Source: the human T2T-CHM13v2.0 reference genome, Homo sapiens
NCBI RefSeq assembly: GCF_009914755.1
Contig: NC_060945.1
Direction: 5' to 3' (one strand)
Length of the DNA: 64,000 nucleotides
In this document: one piece after another, positions 1 through 14,519 of the stretch
Position numbering within the stretch: the stretch's first letter is position 1
How the letters are laid out: the number at the start of each line of letters is the position of its first letter
Notes under the pieces: generated by a model
What the model was told of the DNA's origin: nothing
The model's database searches: none
The model's input: only the letters and a program-made list of their open reading frames with translations
Position numbers and translations under genes: made by a program

Positions 1-1
1 C

Positions 2-265
<264 letters not shown>

Positions 266-659
266 TCAATGGCAACTGTAGTTTTCATTAAAACTTTTTT
301 AATGAATTTTAATGAAATAATATTACTTTATTAAATCTTTTCTACTCATTAATACATTTTCCTAACCATCCATTTTGTGAAAGAACAAAATACATTTCTA
401 TAATATTAGGTGACTTAAACATTATTTTATGCAGCTATTATAACTCTCTCTGAGTTGCTAACTTATATTACCTTGGCAAATGCATTGTTCTTATAAAGTT
501 TGAAAAATTAAAGAACAAAACCTTAGAAGAGCTGTAATGGTGGCTTCTCTCTGAGAACTAAAAAAATGATTGCATGCTAGACATGGTCTCTCGATTTGGT
601 ATGTTTCCTGCATACCTTCTCATGTACTTTCTTGTTAGAAAAATCTATAGTAGAAGAGT

Positions 660-1269
660 TGACACCTGAGCTAGGGGAGGTGCCCAAACACTGATGGGAC
701 TTCCATCCCAGCCAGAGTCAAGGCTCTTGACAACTTGGAATAAGGAATTCAAGGAACCAGTCAGAAAACAGGGAAAGTAAGACAATTTGTTGCAAAGCCA
801 AAGTACGCACTCAAGAAAGGGGAGTGCAGGCATACTCAAGAAAGTGAGTAGAGCCCAGTGGGGTTTGGAGCTTCTATTTTTATGAGTTTCTTTCACCAAG
901 GGGTGGAATATTCATGAAGATTTTCATACAGATTTTTGGAAAAAGGAGAAAATTTCTGAGAACTGTGGTGCCAACCATTTTTAAACCAAATACGAATGTT
1001 CCTGGAACTGTCATGGCACTGGTGGGCGTATTATTTAGTATGTTAATGAGCACATGATGAGGTCCTAGGTGAAACTTAGGTCACATCCAGCACCATATTG
1101 GGTCCAGTCAGTTAGCCAGCTTGGCCCACATACTGGTTTTTGCCGTCTTACCGTCTTAGCAGTCCCTAGCTTATGCAACTGTTTCAACAGTTTTTATTTG
1201 CCAGTCATGCAAAACTGCTGCTTGGAATTTTCCATTATCCTGTGACCACCCTGGATTATTCCTGTCTCA
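660..1269 (-). mobile_element. ERV1-class solo LTR (MER4 group, MER66/MER41-like)
   Basis: TG...CA termini. Exact 4-bp TSD GAGT at 656-659 and 1270-1273. Minus strand starts TGAGACAGGAATAAT and contains CCCACCAGTGCCATGACAGTT, shared with MER41-group LTRs. Subfamily is from memory. Confidence 0.8.
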
Positions 1270-2999
1270 GAGTCATTCCTTTGATACTTTGCTGCAGCAG
1301 AGTGGAAAAACACATTTCTGCTTCGTTAACCAACTAATACGTACATATTAGTTGGTTATACAAAATCTAACTTCAAACTTCAAGAGAAATGGTGTACAAA
1401 GAGTAGAAAAGGAAAAAAAGTCTGATTTACTCTCTTTCTTCTTTATTTACCATTGTGTTTATTTTCTATAAGAAATACATCTATTTTTCTTATTAAGAAC
1501 ACCTGAATTTCCAGGCTTCCCTTTTTTAAATGATAAAATTTGTTGGGTTTCTCCTTGTTCCTACAATTATCAGCATCCTTTTTCTAAGTACAAGCAAGCA
1601 AGTCATTAATTATTATCAATAGTGGATTACATTGAGAATCAACTGGCTTCCGGTATGCAATCAATACCAGCTATTATACACAATAAAACCTATAATCAGC
1701 ACACAGCCATTTTACAGAGTAGGTCAGAGATTAGTATAGCAGAAATGTGTCAGGCTACAATAATCTAAGTTTGTGAAGCATAAACTATTTTTATAAAAAC
1801 CAATTCAGTTACAGTAACAAAGACAAATTTACCTTATCATATTACTTAAGTGATGATTGGGATGTCTGGGAGGGTGTGTACAAACCTCTCCACCACCTCC
1901 AAAGACATCAGTGAATCATTGAAAATGCCCCAGGTTATGTCATGGCAGCAAGAAAACTATCTGAGAAATGTTTCATCCTCTTGCTTTGTAGCTCTCACCA
2001 TTATAAAGTACCACTTCAGACTCTAAGCTTCCTTTTTAAAGCTTATTGTCTGTCATATTTTCTTTCCTCAGTTTGATTTTACCTGCATGGTAGATTTGAT
2101 TTATATTGAAAAAGATACACAAAATTACAGAGAACCGGAAGTGTTTGGATCATGAACTGTCTTCCAGGAACTCCTTCTTGCTTCTTGTGAATAACAATGA
2201 TAACAGAAGAATACTATAGTCCAGTTGTTTTTGTTTTGTTATATTTTATGTTATCTATACTATGCCACATAATGCTAGTAAATAATAACTCCCTAATTAT
2301 TTACATTTATTGTACTTTTTCTAAAATAGAGCTAAACAGCTGTTTTCTTCATTTATATAACTATATTATTGTTTAACAATTTTAGTTATGGAAATCAGCA
2401 AAGTACTAACTAACTCTTCATTTTGATGGGGGGGAGGTCCATAATATGTAAATATTAAGATATTCTTAGAATGCCTCTTTCATAAACTATAGGATGAAAA
2501 ATCAAAGGGTCATATTCTCACAGTTAGAAAGAAATATAGTTATAATGTACGCAAAATTTGTTAAACGTACAAGCCTTCACTTCAAAAAAAAAAAACTCAG
2601 AATAAAATAAAATAAACTTGCAGTTTTCTTTACCTTCATTAAGTGTTGATGGTGCTTTGTCCTGTTGTTATTTCTGGTGCCATGATCATCAGCACCAACT
2701 TTGTGGTTGATGAATATTTTATTCTGTTTATTCTAAAAGAATGTAACAGCATCCATCTCTCTCACATTTTGAGAAATCAGTTATGGTGATATGTAGTGAG
2801 AGTTTTAATAACTATAGTTACTTTCTCATCCCCATTCAAAACTATCAACCTGAAATAGGATGTTTGTGACACCTCCAAGACTATAGTTTAAAGGTCACCA
2901 ATCACTTCCTCATTACAAATCAAATAGCTTGATCACACATTGTTTATGGACATGGTCCAAAGAGTACCAGCATAGGCATCTTGCTGATCTGTGAAGACA

Positions 3000-4778
<1,779 letters not shown>

Positions 4779-4779
4779 T

Positions 4780-5130
4780 GAGAAGTGGCTTCAGGTGGCT
4801 GACTACAGGCAGCTGGTACTCACCTCCTCCACAAAGAAGAGCTAATATAGCTAGTAGATGATCACACTTCAAATAGATCATCCAAGAGAGAACAGGAATT
4901 CAACAGAGAAGTCACAGGAAACACTTAAAGCAAGGAAAGAGAGGGGAACGAGGCAGCCTCCTTGGCCAGCCTTGGCTGGAAACCTGGAGAGGTTCCTCAA
5001 TAGGGGGAAAAGGTAAGTGAGAGACCCCAATGGCCCACATTTCCATCACAGGCTCCTGCAATCGTAACCTCAGGAGAACCCCTTGACTCTTGTGGGCCCT
5101 AAGACTATGATACAGAACACACAAGGCATT
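4780..5130 (+). mobile_element. L1PB-type 5'UTR fragment
   Basis: GGTGGCTGACTACAGGCAGCTGGTACTCACCTCCTCCACAAAGAAG..GATCACACTTCAAATAGATCATCCAAGAGAGAAC resembles the recalled L1PB 5' end. Confidence 0.6.
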
Positions 5131-5449
5131 GTTGGATTTTTTTTTTATCCCTACCACTGCTAATCTTGTCATTTCACTTCTAGTAACTGCAAAAAAATTT
5201 CCTCAGCTTAGTTATCAACTACATTGTTAGTTTTGCCCTAGGGTTCCGAAGTTCCATGGTTCACAACTCAGAAGCATTTTACATTCTGCTCGATTTAAAC
5301 AAGGTATTTCTCTAAGTTTTCACAAGAATGGTAAGGTGAAAACCATAGCTTCATTTCCTAAATAGCTATACCATCAGCCAGGAAGCTCTGCAGTCCATAC
5401 CCTGATGCTTGTGCATAGAATATTCCTCACCTCCTTGGTGAAACAGTGA

Positions 5450-5776
<327 letters not shown>

Positions 5777-6144
5777 CCGCCGAGTTTATTTTTAAGGTGA
5801 CTTTTGTTATTTTGAAGTAGCATTGTGCAAATGTAAAGTGCAACAGCAGAAGATGAACACTGCTGGAATATTCTGAAATATCAAAATACTTACTTTTTTC
5901 ATCCAAAGCTCTGAACCCTTTAAAGAAAAGAATAGTGCTGAAGTGTATTTATGTATTGTTTGTGTGTTATGGGGGGGGGGGTGGGAAAGAGAAAAAATAT
6001 AAAATAAAACGTAAATTGTACATGGATCCACAGATTGCATGATTATTGTGAACATTTAAATACTGTTAATTATATCAGATTTTCATTCATTCAATACTAG
6101 CAAAAGCTAGTACCAGAATTAATAATAATAATAATAATAACAAC

Positions 6145-6330
6145 AACAGCTTTGAGTTGCTTACTATCTGAAATACGTTATTCTACCCACCTTCTATTTG
6201 CTAGCTCATGCCATTTTCACAACTGATGAGAAAGGTGCTATTATTTTTTCCTACTTTACAAGTGAGAAAATTGAAGCACAGTGATTGTACCTCATAGGCC
6301 TAAACTCACAGTCAAGAATAGAGGATATGT
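6145..6330 (-). mobile_element. MIR fragment
   Basis: ATTATTTTTTCCTACTTTACAAGTGAGAAAATTGAAGCACAG resembles the MIR core; preceded by (AAT)n(CAA)n. Confidence 0.6.
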
Positions 6331-6769
6331 TAAACCTTCAATGGATCCAGGGCAGTCCATTACTAGATATTCAATGAACCTAATAATATGACATATTGCC
6401 TTACCATGGAAACTGCAAGGATTTCTGAAAATAATGATAGCATCTTCATATTTCATTGCCTCTGCATTAACTTTTCTCTGTGAGAAATTGTGAATGCTCT
6501 ATTTCTAAGTATATAGATCTAGATTTATCTCTTTCTATATATGTATATGCAGACATTTGTAGATGTATATTCATGTCATTTGTGTTGCTACTTAAAAAAC
6601 TCAGTTCTTATAGGTTTTTATATTTGTCTAACTAGTAAACTTGAATTGGAATTTTATTTAAAAAATTTAGATTTTTTATTTGCATCTCACTAAATAATCC
6701 GTGTCCTAGCGTTACTCATCTTAAATTTAACAACATTTTATATGTTAACTTGTAGTTACAGGCATCTTG

Positions 6770-7261
6770 GAGGACAAGTGCCCCCTTTGACCTTGGGCTT
6801 CGGGTTTTATATGTTGGCTGGCCTACTTCTGGCGTCTTGCATCTCTTTTCCCTTGACTCTTTCTTTGGGGTGGGCTGCCTATATGTGCAGTGGCCTGCTA
6901 GCAGTTGGGAGGTGAGCATGCGCAGTGTTTACTGGAGTCGTACACATGCTCACTTGAGTTCCCTTTACCTGCAGAATGACCCTGGAAGGTCATACTCCAC
7001 CATTTTTCCTCTTAATGTGCATGCTTAAGCCCCTTCGTCGAGCTCCTGAGATCTTATCAGAAAGCTGCTGATCACCAGTTTTAGGTGTTTCCTATCTATA
7101 GGGACAGTGCCTTTCCTCGGTGCTGGCTGCAATCTGTTAATATTTTAGAGAGGCGGTGTGACAACTGCCTGACCATCACCTGATGGTTGCCTGATTTTCT
7201 TGGTTGGGTGTAGGGGCCCTCTCCTGCCCTGTTGGCATCTGACTAGCTACCACGTGGAACA
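6770..7261 (-). mobile_element. LTR9-family ERV1 LTR, 3' end truncated
   Basis: Reverse complement begins TGTTCCACGTGGTAGCTAGTCAGATGCCAACAGGGCAGGAGAGGGCCCC..ACCATCAGGTGATGGTCAGGCAGTTG, and includes GGTGATCAGCAGCTTTCTGATAAGATCTCAGGAG, matching recalled LTR9. Confidence 0.8.
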
Positions 7262-7339
7262 CTATGTCAATTTAAATTCATAGACTACCCAAGGAAAATA
7301 AAAGGTACCTTGCTATAACATCAAACTTAATAATTTGCT

Positions 7340-8060
<721 letters not shown>

Positions 8061-9068
8061 ATCTAGGCAGCTTGCTTGGGTACTAGTAGTGGCTGCAGTG
8101 AGCCAGGCAGGCGGGTGGGTTCTTGGGCCCTTGGGAAGTGGATGTGGCAATGGTGATGGCAGTAGCAGTGATGAGACAACCCTTCGGTTCCCAAGAAGTT
8201 CACATTTGTGCTATCAGTGATAGTGACAGGTTGGGAGGGCCAGTCCCCAGGCCTGCAGGTGGTGCATACAGGTGGGTGCCACGTGTGATGGTAGCAGTAG
8301 GTTGGAGGTGCCTAACCTCAGGCCTCTGGAGAAATGTTCAGGTGATGAAGGTGGTGGACTGGACTGGGTATTGGAGGGGGTGGAGCCCAGCCTGGTGGAA
8401 CTGTCATCTGGCCCTCTGATGGTGTGTGCAGGTACTGGCTGTGGTAGGCCAGGATGGGGTGATCTGCGACCTTGGTGGAATGCTTAGGTAGGGGCAGCAG
8501 TGACTATGCTTTGGCTTTGCTACTGGGGAGGGCAGAGTAGCTTTCAGTGGCAGTCCCTGCAAGCGGGAGGAGGCTGGAGAGTGCATAGATTGCTCGTGCT
8601 TGTCCCTGGTGGTGGCAGCCTGTAGTGTCAGTGGCTGAGGGTAGGGGAGCCCTTTCTTGGAATGTGTGAAAGTGCATAGAGACTCCATTGTTGGGGGTAC
8701 CAGGGTCACTACCAATGGCTTGTACTTATGCCTCAGTGATGGCAGGAGCCAGCAGCAAGGGAGGCTGTGGCAGGGTAGGCTTTCTTCAAGGTGCATGAAG
8801 ATGTGGGGCCCTGTAATCAGGGGACAGGGTCACTATCAGTGGCTCATACCTTGGCCCCAGCAGCAGCAGCCAGCAGTGGCAGTGACTATGCATGGGACAT
8901 GTCAATGGTGCTCCAGGATATGGAAATGTAGTGGCTTTTGGGCCCCAGAGCATGATGCAATCTGGTAGGGGGTGGGATCTCAAAATGTTACTGTACTGTC
9001 GCTGCTTAGGACTGGGAGGTGTATGGGACTCAGCATGACCTCCCTCTCTGGAGCAACATTATCACAGC
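8061..9068 (-). mobile_element. G-rich L1M (L1M1/L1M2-like) 5'-region remnant with degenerate internal repeats
   Basis: G-rich but CpG-poor. Repeated unit CAGGGTCACTA(C/T)CA(A/G)TGGCT..CAGCAG at ~8701 and ~8826. Resembles antisense L1M 5' regions. Confidence 0.5.
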
Positions 9069-9070
9069 TC

Positions 9071-9200
9071 TGTTCGTTTGTTAGGGCTGCCATAACAAAG
9101 TATTACAACCTGGGTGACTTAAAAAACAAAAATATCTTTTGTCTCCATTTGGGGGCTAGAAGTCCAAGATCAAGGTGTCAAAAGTTCTGGGTTTTTTTGG
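9071..9200 (-). mobile_element. MLT1 (MaLR) LTR 3'-end fragment
   Basis: GTTTGTTAGGGCTGCCATAACAAAGTATTACAACCTGGGTGACTTAAA..GGCTAGAAGTCCAAGATCAAGGTGTC. Confidence 0.8.
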
Positions 9201-9753
9201 GCACTGTAAGAAAGTTCTGTTTTTTGGCATGGTACTGGGTCTTGGTAGAAACTGAATGCTTAACTGTGGGCTGCCCATTTACCATCTGACCTGAGCCCAT
9301 CATGAACTGTTATCTGACTTACCAAGCCATAAAGTTGAGTATGCATAGCAGCACTCTCATCAAATGGAAGTGGTGTATATGTGATTGGGTCCAAGCAGGC
9401 CCTGTAGGGACAAGTAAGCCATATGAACTGGTCCAAATGCCCATTGTCCCCACCCCTGCTTCATTGCCTTCTTTCTCCCAGCCTGCCCCTATGACATCAT
9501 GAGAACTTCCCTATGAACAATCGATAGAGAAAGAAAATTCAGGCCTGGTTTACAGATGGTTCCACAGGATATGAAGCAACATGTAAAAGCATGCAATGCC
9601 GCAGTACAGCTTCCTTCTTGGACATTTTGTAAGGATGGTGGTGAAGGGAAATCCTCTCAGGTGTCAGAAATTTGAGCACTGAAATTGGTTGCTTACTTTT
9701 CTTGGAAGGAGAAATAATCAGGCATGTAATTATTTACCAAATAATGGACCTGA

Positions 9754-10158
<405 letters not shown>

Positions 10159-11574
10159 TCAATAGACCTTTCTTAATGAGAAAAAAAGATTTGAAGATGG
10201 TTTGTGTCCCATGTGAATGCTCAACAAAGGATAACCTCAAGGGAAGGATTTTAATAATCAAGTGGATAAGATGACCCGTTCTGTGAATACCAGTCAGCCT
10301 CTTTCCCCAGCCACCCTTGTTATCACCCAATGGGCTCATGAACAAAGTGGCCATGGTGGCAGAGATGGAGGTTATGCATGGATTCTGCAACGGGAACTTC
10401 CACTCACTAAGGCTGACCTAGTTACAGCTGCTGCTGAGCGCCCAATCTGCCAGTGGCAGAGACCAGCCCTGAGACCCCGATACAGCAGCATTTCCCGGGG
10501 GCATCAACCTGATGGCAAGTTGATTACATTAGACTGCTTCCATCGTGAAAGGAACAGTGTTTGTTCTTGCTGGAATAGACACACTCACTGTTAATATATT
10601 TGCCTTCCCTGCATGTAATGCTTTTGTATTCATTGATTTACAGAATGGCTTATCCACCCTCATGGTATTCTACACAACATTGCTTCTGATCAAGGAACTC
10701 ACTTCATAGCAAAACTATAGTAGTGGGCTCATGCTCAGGGATTTAACTGATCTTATGTTCCCCATGATTTTTAGGTAGCTGGCTTGATAGAATGATGAGA
10801 TGGCCTATTGAAGACTCATTTATAGTAACAGCTAGGTACAATACCTTACAAGACAAGGCAAGATTCTACAACAGAATATATGTGCTCTAAATCAGCCTTA
10901 AATATATGGTACTCTTTCTCTCACAGCAGGATTCATGGGCCCAGGAATCAAGGAGTAGAAATGGGAGTTGCACCATCCACTATTACCCCTGAAGACTGAC
11001 TAGCAAAATTTGTGCTTACTGTGCCCACAACTTAATGCTCTGCTGGCCTGGAGGTCTTAGTTCCAAAGGGAGGGCTACTGCCACCAGGAAACACAATAAT
11101 TGATCCGTTGAAATGGAAGTTAAGACTTCCACCCTGCCACGTCAGTCCTCTGAATAACAGGCAAAAAAGGAAATTATTGTACTGGCTTCAGTGCTTGATT
11201 CTGAATTCCAAGGAGAAATTAGACTGCTACTTTATAATGGAAGTAAGGAGGAATATGCCTGGAATACAGCAAAATTCATGCAGTGTCTCTTAGTATTAAC
11301 ATGCCTTGTGATTAAAGTCAATGAAAAACTGCAGCAAGCAAATCCAAGCAGGATTATGAATGGCCCATACGTTTCAGGAATAAAGATTTAGGTCACCCCA
11401 CCAGGTAACAAACCATAATCAGCTGGGTTACTTGCTGAAAGCAATGGGAATATGAGATGGGCAGTGGAAGAAAGTAGTTTTAAATACCAGTTATGAGCAT
11501 GTAACCAGTTATAGAAACAGACTGTGATTGTCATGAATATGTCTTCCTTGTGTTGTTATGAAGATGCTTGTGTT

Positions 11575-11624
11575 TATATATATGTATACACATATTTATA
11601 AACATATATATACACACACATATG

Positions 11625-11656
<32 letters not shown>
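11575..11656. repeat. (TA)n/(CA)n compound microsatellite
   Basis: Direct read; pure CA run at ~11631-11656. Confidence 0.9.
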
Positions 11657-11998
11657 AATGGTCCCTGACTTACAATGCTTTGACATGATTTTCCACTTAT
11701 AATTTTTCAACTTTACACTGGCACAAAGGTGGTACCCATTCAGTAGAATCCATACTTCAAGTATCTATACAACCTTTCTGCTTCTCACTTTCAGCACAGT
11801 ATTCAATAAATTACATGAGCTATTAAACATTTTGTTACAAAAGAAGTATTTATGTTAGAAGATTTTACCCAACTGTAGGCTAAGGTAAGTGTTCTGAGCA
11901 CATTTAAAGTAAGCTAGCTATAACGTTTGGTAGTTTATGTGTATTAAACGCATTTTTGACTTAGAATATTTTCAATTTACAATGGGTTTATCGGAACA
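11655..11998 (-). mobile_element. MER47A (Tigger-family DNA transposon) nested in ERV-L
   Basis: CAAATGGTCCCTGACTTACAATG..TTTTACCCAACTGTAGGCTAAGGTAAGTGTTCTGAGCACATTTAAAGTAAGCTAG..TTTACAATGGGTTTATCGG matches recalled MER47A antisense. One terminal repeat is lost. Confidence 0.8.
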
Positions 11999-12321
11999 TA
12001 TATAATCTTTGTTTTTTTCTCTCTTATCCCCATAGGTAACATAAGATCTATTAACTTTATAGTATAGTATTTAAGTATTGTTAAATTGACATAATAGTGT
12101 TTAAGTTATGAGATATATCAGATATGGGATATCAAGAGGAAGAGTAACTATCACTCAAGGACTTTGCATTCTTTTGGGGGAACGAGTTATTCCATTTTCA
12201 GTTGTACATAAGACAGTTGGATCGTGTTAGGTGGAAGTATGACATTGTTATTGTATTTATTTGTAGGTTAAGTATGCTTTAAGGAGATTCATATGGTTGC
12301 CAAGCTGACCAGGAGTGGACT

Positions 12322-12772
12322 TGTGATGGTTAATCTTATGTGCCAACTAGGCTTGGACACAGTGCCTAGACATTTGATCAAATATTATTCTAAATGTTTA
12401 TGTGAATATGTTTTTGAATGAAATCAACATTTAAATTGGTGGACTTTGAGTAAAGCAAAATGCCCTCCATAATGTGGATGGGCCTCATCCAATCAGCTGA
12501 AAACCTTAAGAGAACAAATATGGACCTGTCCTGGGCAATAGGAAGTCTGTCAACAGATGACCTATGGACTTGAACTTCAACCTCACCTCTTCCCTGATCT
12601 CCAGCATGTGGGCCTACCCTGCAGATTTTGAACTTGCCAGCTTCCATAATCCATGTGCCAATTCCTTCAAATAAAATAAATCTTTCTCTCTTCCTCCCTC
12701 TCCCTCTCCACACACACCACCCCCCCACACACACACATCCTATTTGTTCTGTTTATCTGTAAACCCTAATAT
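12322..12772 (+). mobile_element. MLT2 (ERV-L) 3' LTR
   Basis: TGTGATGGTTAATCTTATGTGCCAACT start, TGGGCCTCATCCAATCAGCTGAA, CT/CA microsatellite, then TCCTATTTGTTCTGTTTATCTG..AACCCTAATA. Contiguous with the ERV-L internal sequence. Confidence 0.9.
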
Positions 12773-12909
12773 GATAAGGTATGATTCCCTTTAAGAAGTT
12801 CTACAACAGAGAAAACTAACTTATGGTGATAGAAATGAGAATAGGGGTTGTTTCTGAAAGGGTGGGAATTGATGAGAAAGGGGCTAAGAAGGAGATTTTG
12901 AGATTAGAG

Positions 12910-12953
<44 letters not shown>

Positions 12954-13370
12954 TGTGAGTTACATATCTGTATGCATTTGTCAAAATCAATCAAGCTGAA
13001 TACTTAAGAGCTCTGCATTTTACCATATGTATTAATTAACCAAACCTCATGTCTTAAAAAAGGAGAAAAGACATAGGTGTTGCCATTGTAGATTTGGAGA
13101 AATATTATGCAAAATTTTATAACATAAATTCTTCATAATATAATGTTACTTATTAAAAGACTGTACAATTATATATAACCTTCTACTTGTACTACAAACA
13201 AAAGTGTGTGCATAAAAACATTGAAAAGAGAAACACAAAAATAGTAATGATCTTTATTGATGGGAATGTAGATAATTTTAATTTTGTTCTTGATATTTAC
13301 TTATGCTATTTCATTTTCCAAAAATGAATATGTATTATTTTTATAATCAGAAATAATCAATGAAAGGTTT
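12773..13370 (+). mobile_element. L1MC/L1ME 3'-end fragments
   Basis: AAACTAACTTATGGTGATAGAAATGAGAATAGGGGTTG; GCATTTGTCAAAATC..TACTTAAGA..TGCATTTTAC; ATGTATTATTTTTATAATCAGAAA. Confidence 0.65.
12914..12950. repeat. (TA)~18 microsatellite
   Basis: Direct read. Confidence 0.95.
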
Positions 13371-13419
13371 TTAAAGAATAATTTTTATAGCATATATCTT
13401 GCTTTTACTAAAATTGCAT

Positions 13420-13720
13420 TGTATTAGTTTTCTATTGCTGCCATAACAAATGGTCATAAGGTTAATAACTTAAACCAGTAGTCATTTAGTATCTGAGAGT
13501 TCTGTAGGTCAGAAGCCTGGGTTAGCTCAACTAGTTCCTCTGCTTTGGGTTTTACAGTGCTGAAATCAAGATGTCAACCAGCTGGTCTTTTTTCGGGAGG
13601 ATCTGAGAAAAATCTGCTTTCAAGTCCATTTAGGTAATTAATATAATTTGGTTTTCTGTCGTTATAGAAAGAAGTTACAGTTTCTTTGCTGGCTGTCTGG
13701 CTTTTCATTTCTAGAGAGGT
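13420..13720 (-). mobile_element. MLT1 (D/E-like) LTR fragment
   Basis: TGTATTAGTTTTCTATTGCTGCCATAACAAAT..GTTCTGTAGGTCAGAAG..GCTGAAATCAAGATGTCA. Confidence 0.75.
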
Positions 13721-13859
13721 GCCTTCCTCAAAGTCTTTTCAATTGCACAATTTGGGATAAGGTGTTTCTTGGTGGAATCTTGTCTGATTAATCAGGAGAT
13801 TCTCCTTTTGTGTCTATATAATTTATATATCATTTATATGTATATAAATTATGTGCACA

Positions 13860-13965
13860 GTTCCTTCCTTCCTTCTTTCCTTTCTTCCTTCCTCCCTCCC
13901 TCCCTCCTTCTTCCTTCCTTCCTTGCTTCCTTCCTTTTTTCCTTCCTTCTTTTTTTCCTTTCTTT
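13860..13965. repeat. (TTCC)n/(CCCT)n polypyrimidine tract
   Basis: Direct read. Confidence 0.9.
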
Positions 13966-14519
13966 ATATTAAATCTGAGGCTCTCTTTGGTTTTACATTT
14001 TCCTTAGATACTGACAAAACAACTAAAAAGTGCCTGTATCTACATTGTGGTGTTGTATGTATGTGTATGTTTGTTATCAAGATAAACGTTTGATTTTGAC
14101 TGCATGAATTTTAGAAATATTTAGACAACAAGCACTATATTAAACATAACAAAAATATTTTTAAAAATCTAAAGCAAGAAACAAATGACTTCAGAATGTA
14201 AACCTTCTTAAATTAATATGTAAATTTAGGGCTATGCTAATAAAAACAGTATCAAGTTTGAATGGGTTGTGCTGTTGTTTAGGTTTTTTGTGTGTTTGTT
14301 TGCATTGCTTTTCAAAATCAACCAGAAGTTATTTAGGTAAATATTAAAATAATTGTCCTGATTTCTGACAAGAGCTTCTAGCATACAGAAATAGTCTTGA
14401 TTATTTCAAATGCCTCTATGTATGTAAAACTTTGGTGATGGTTTAAATAACGGTCGAACTTATATTTATCAAAATACAATATTTACAGTATTTCATTCTA
14501 GGAGTTGCAGTGATGTAAA

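Noticed and set aside
8123-8983. GC-rich stretch with overlapping ORFs, suggesting an exon or CpG island
   Set aside because: CpG-poor, with no coherent protein; better explained as an old L1 5' region.
10262-11391. Integrase and dUTPase ORFs as a possibly domesticated gene
   Set aside because: The HHCC motif is damaged and the frames are broken by stops and frameshifts; a decayed ERV-L remnant.
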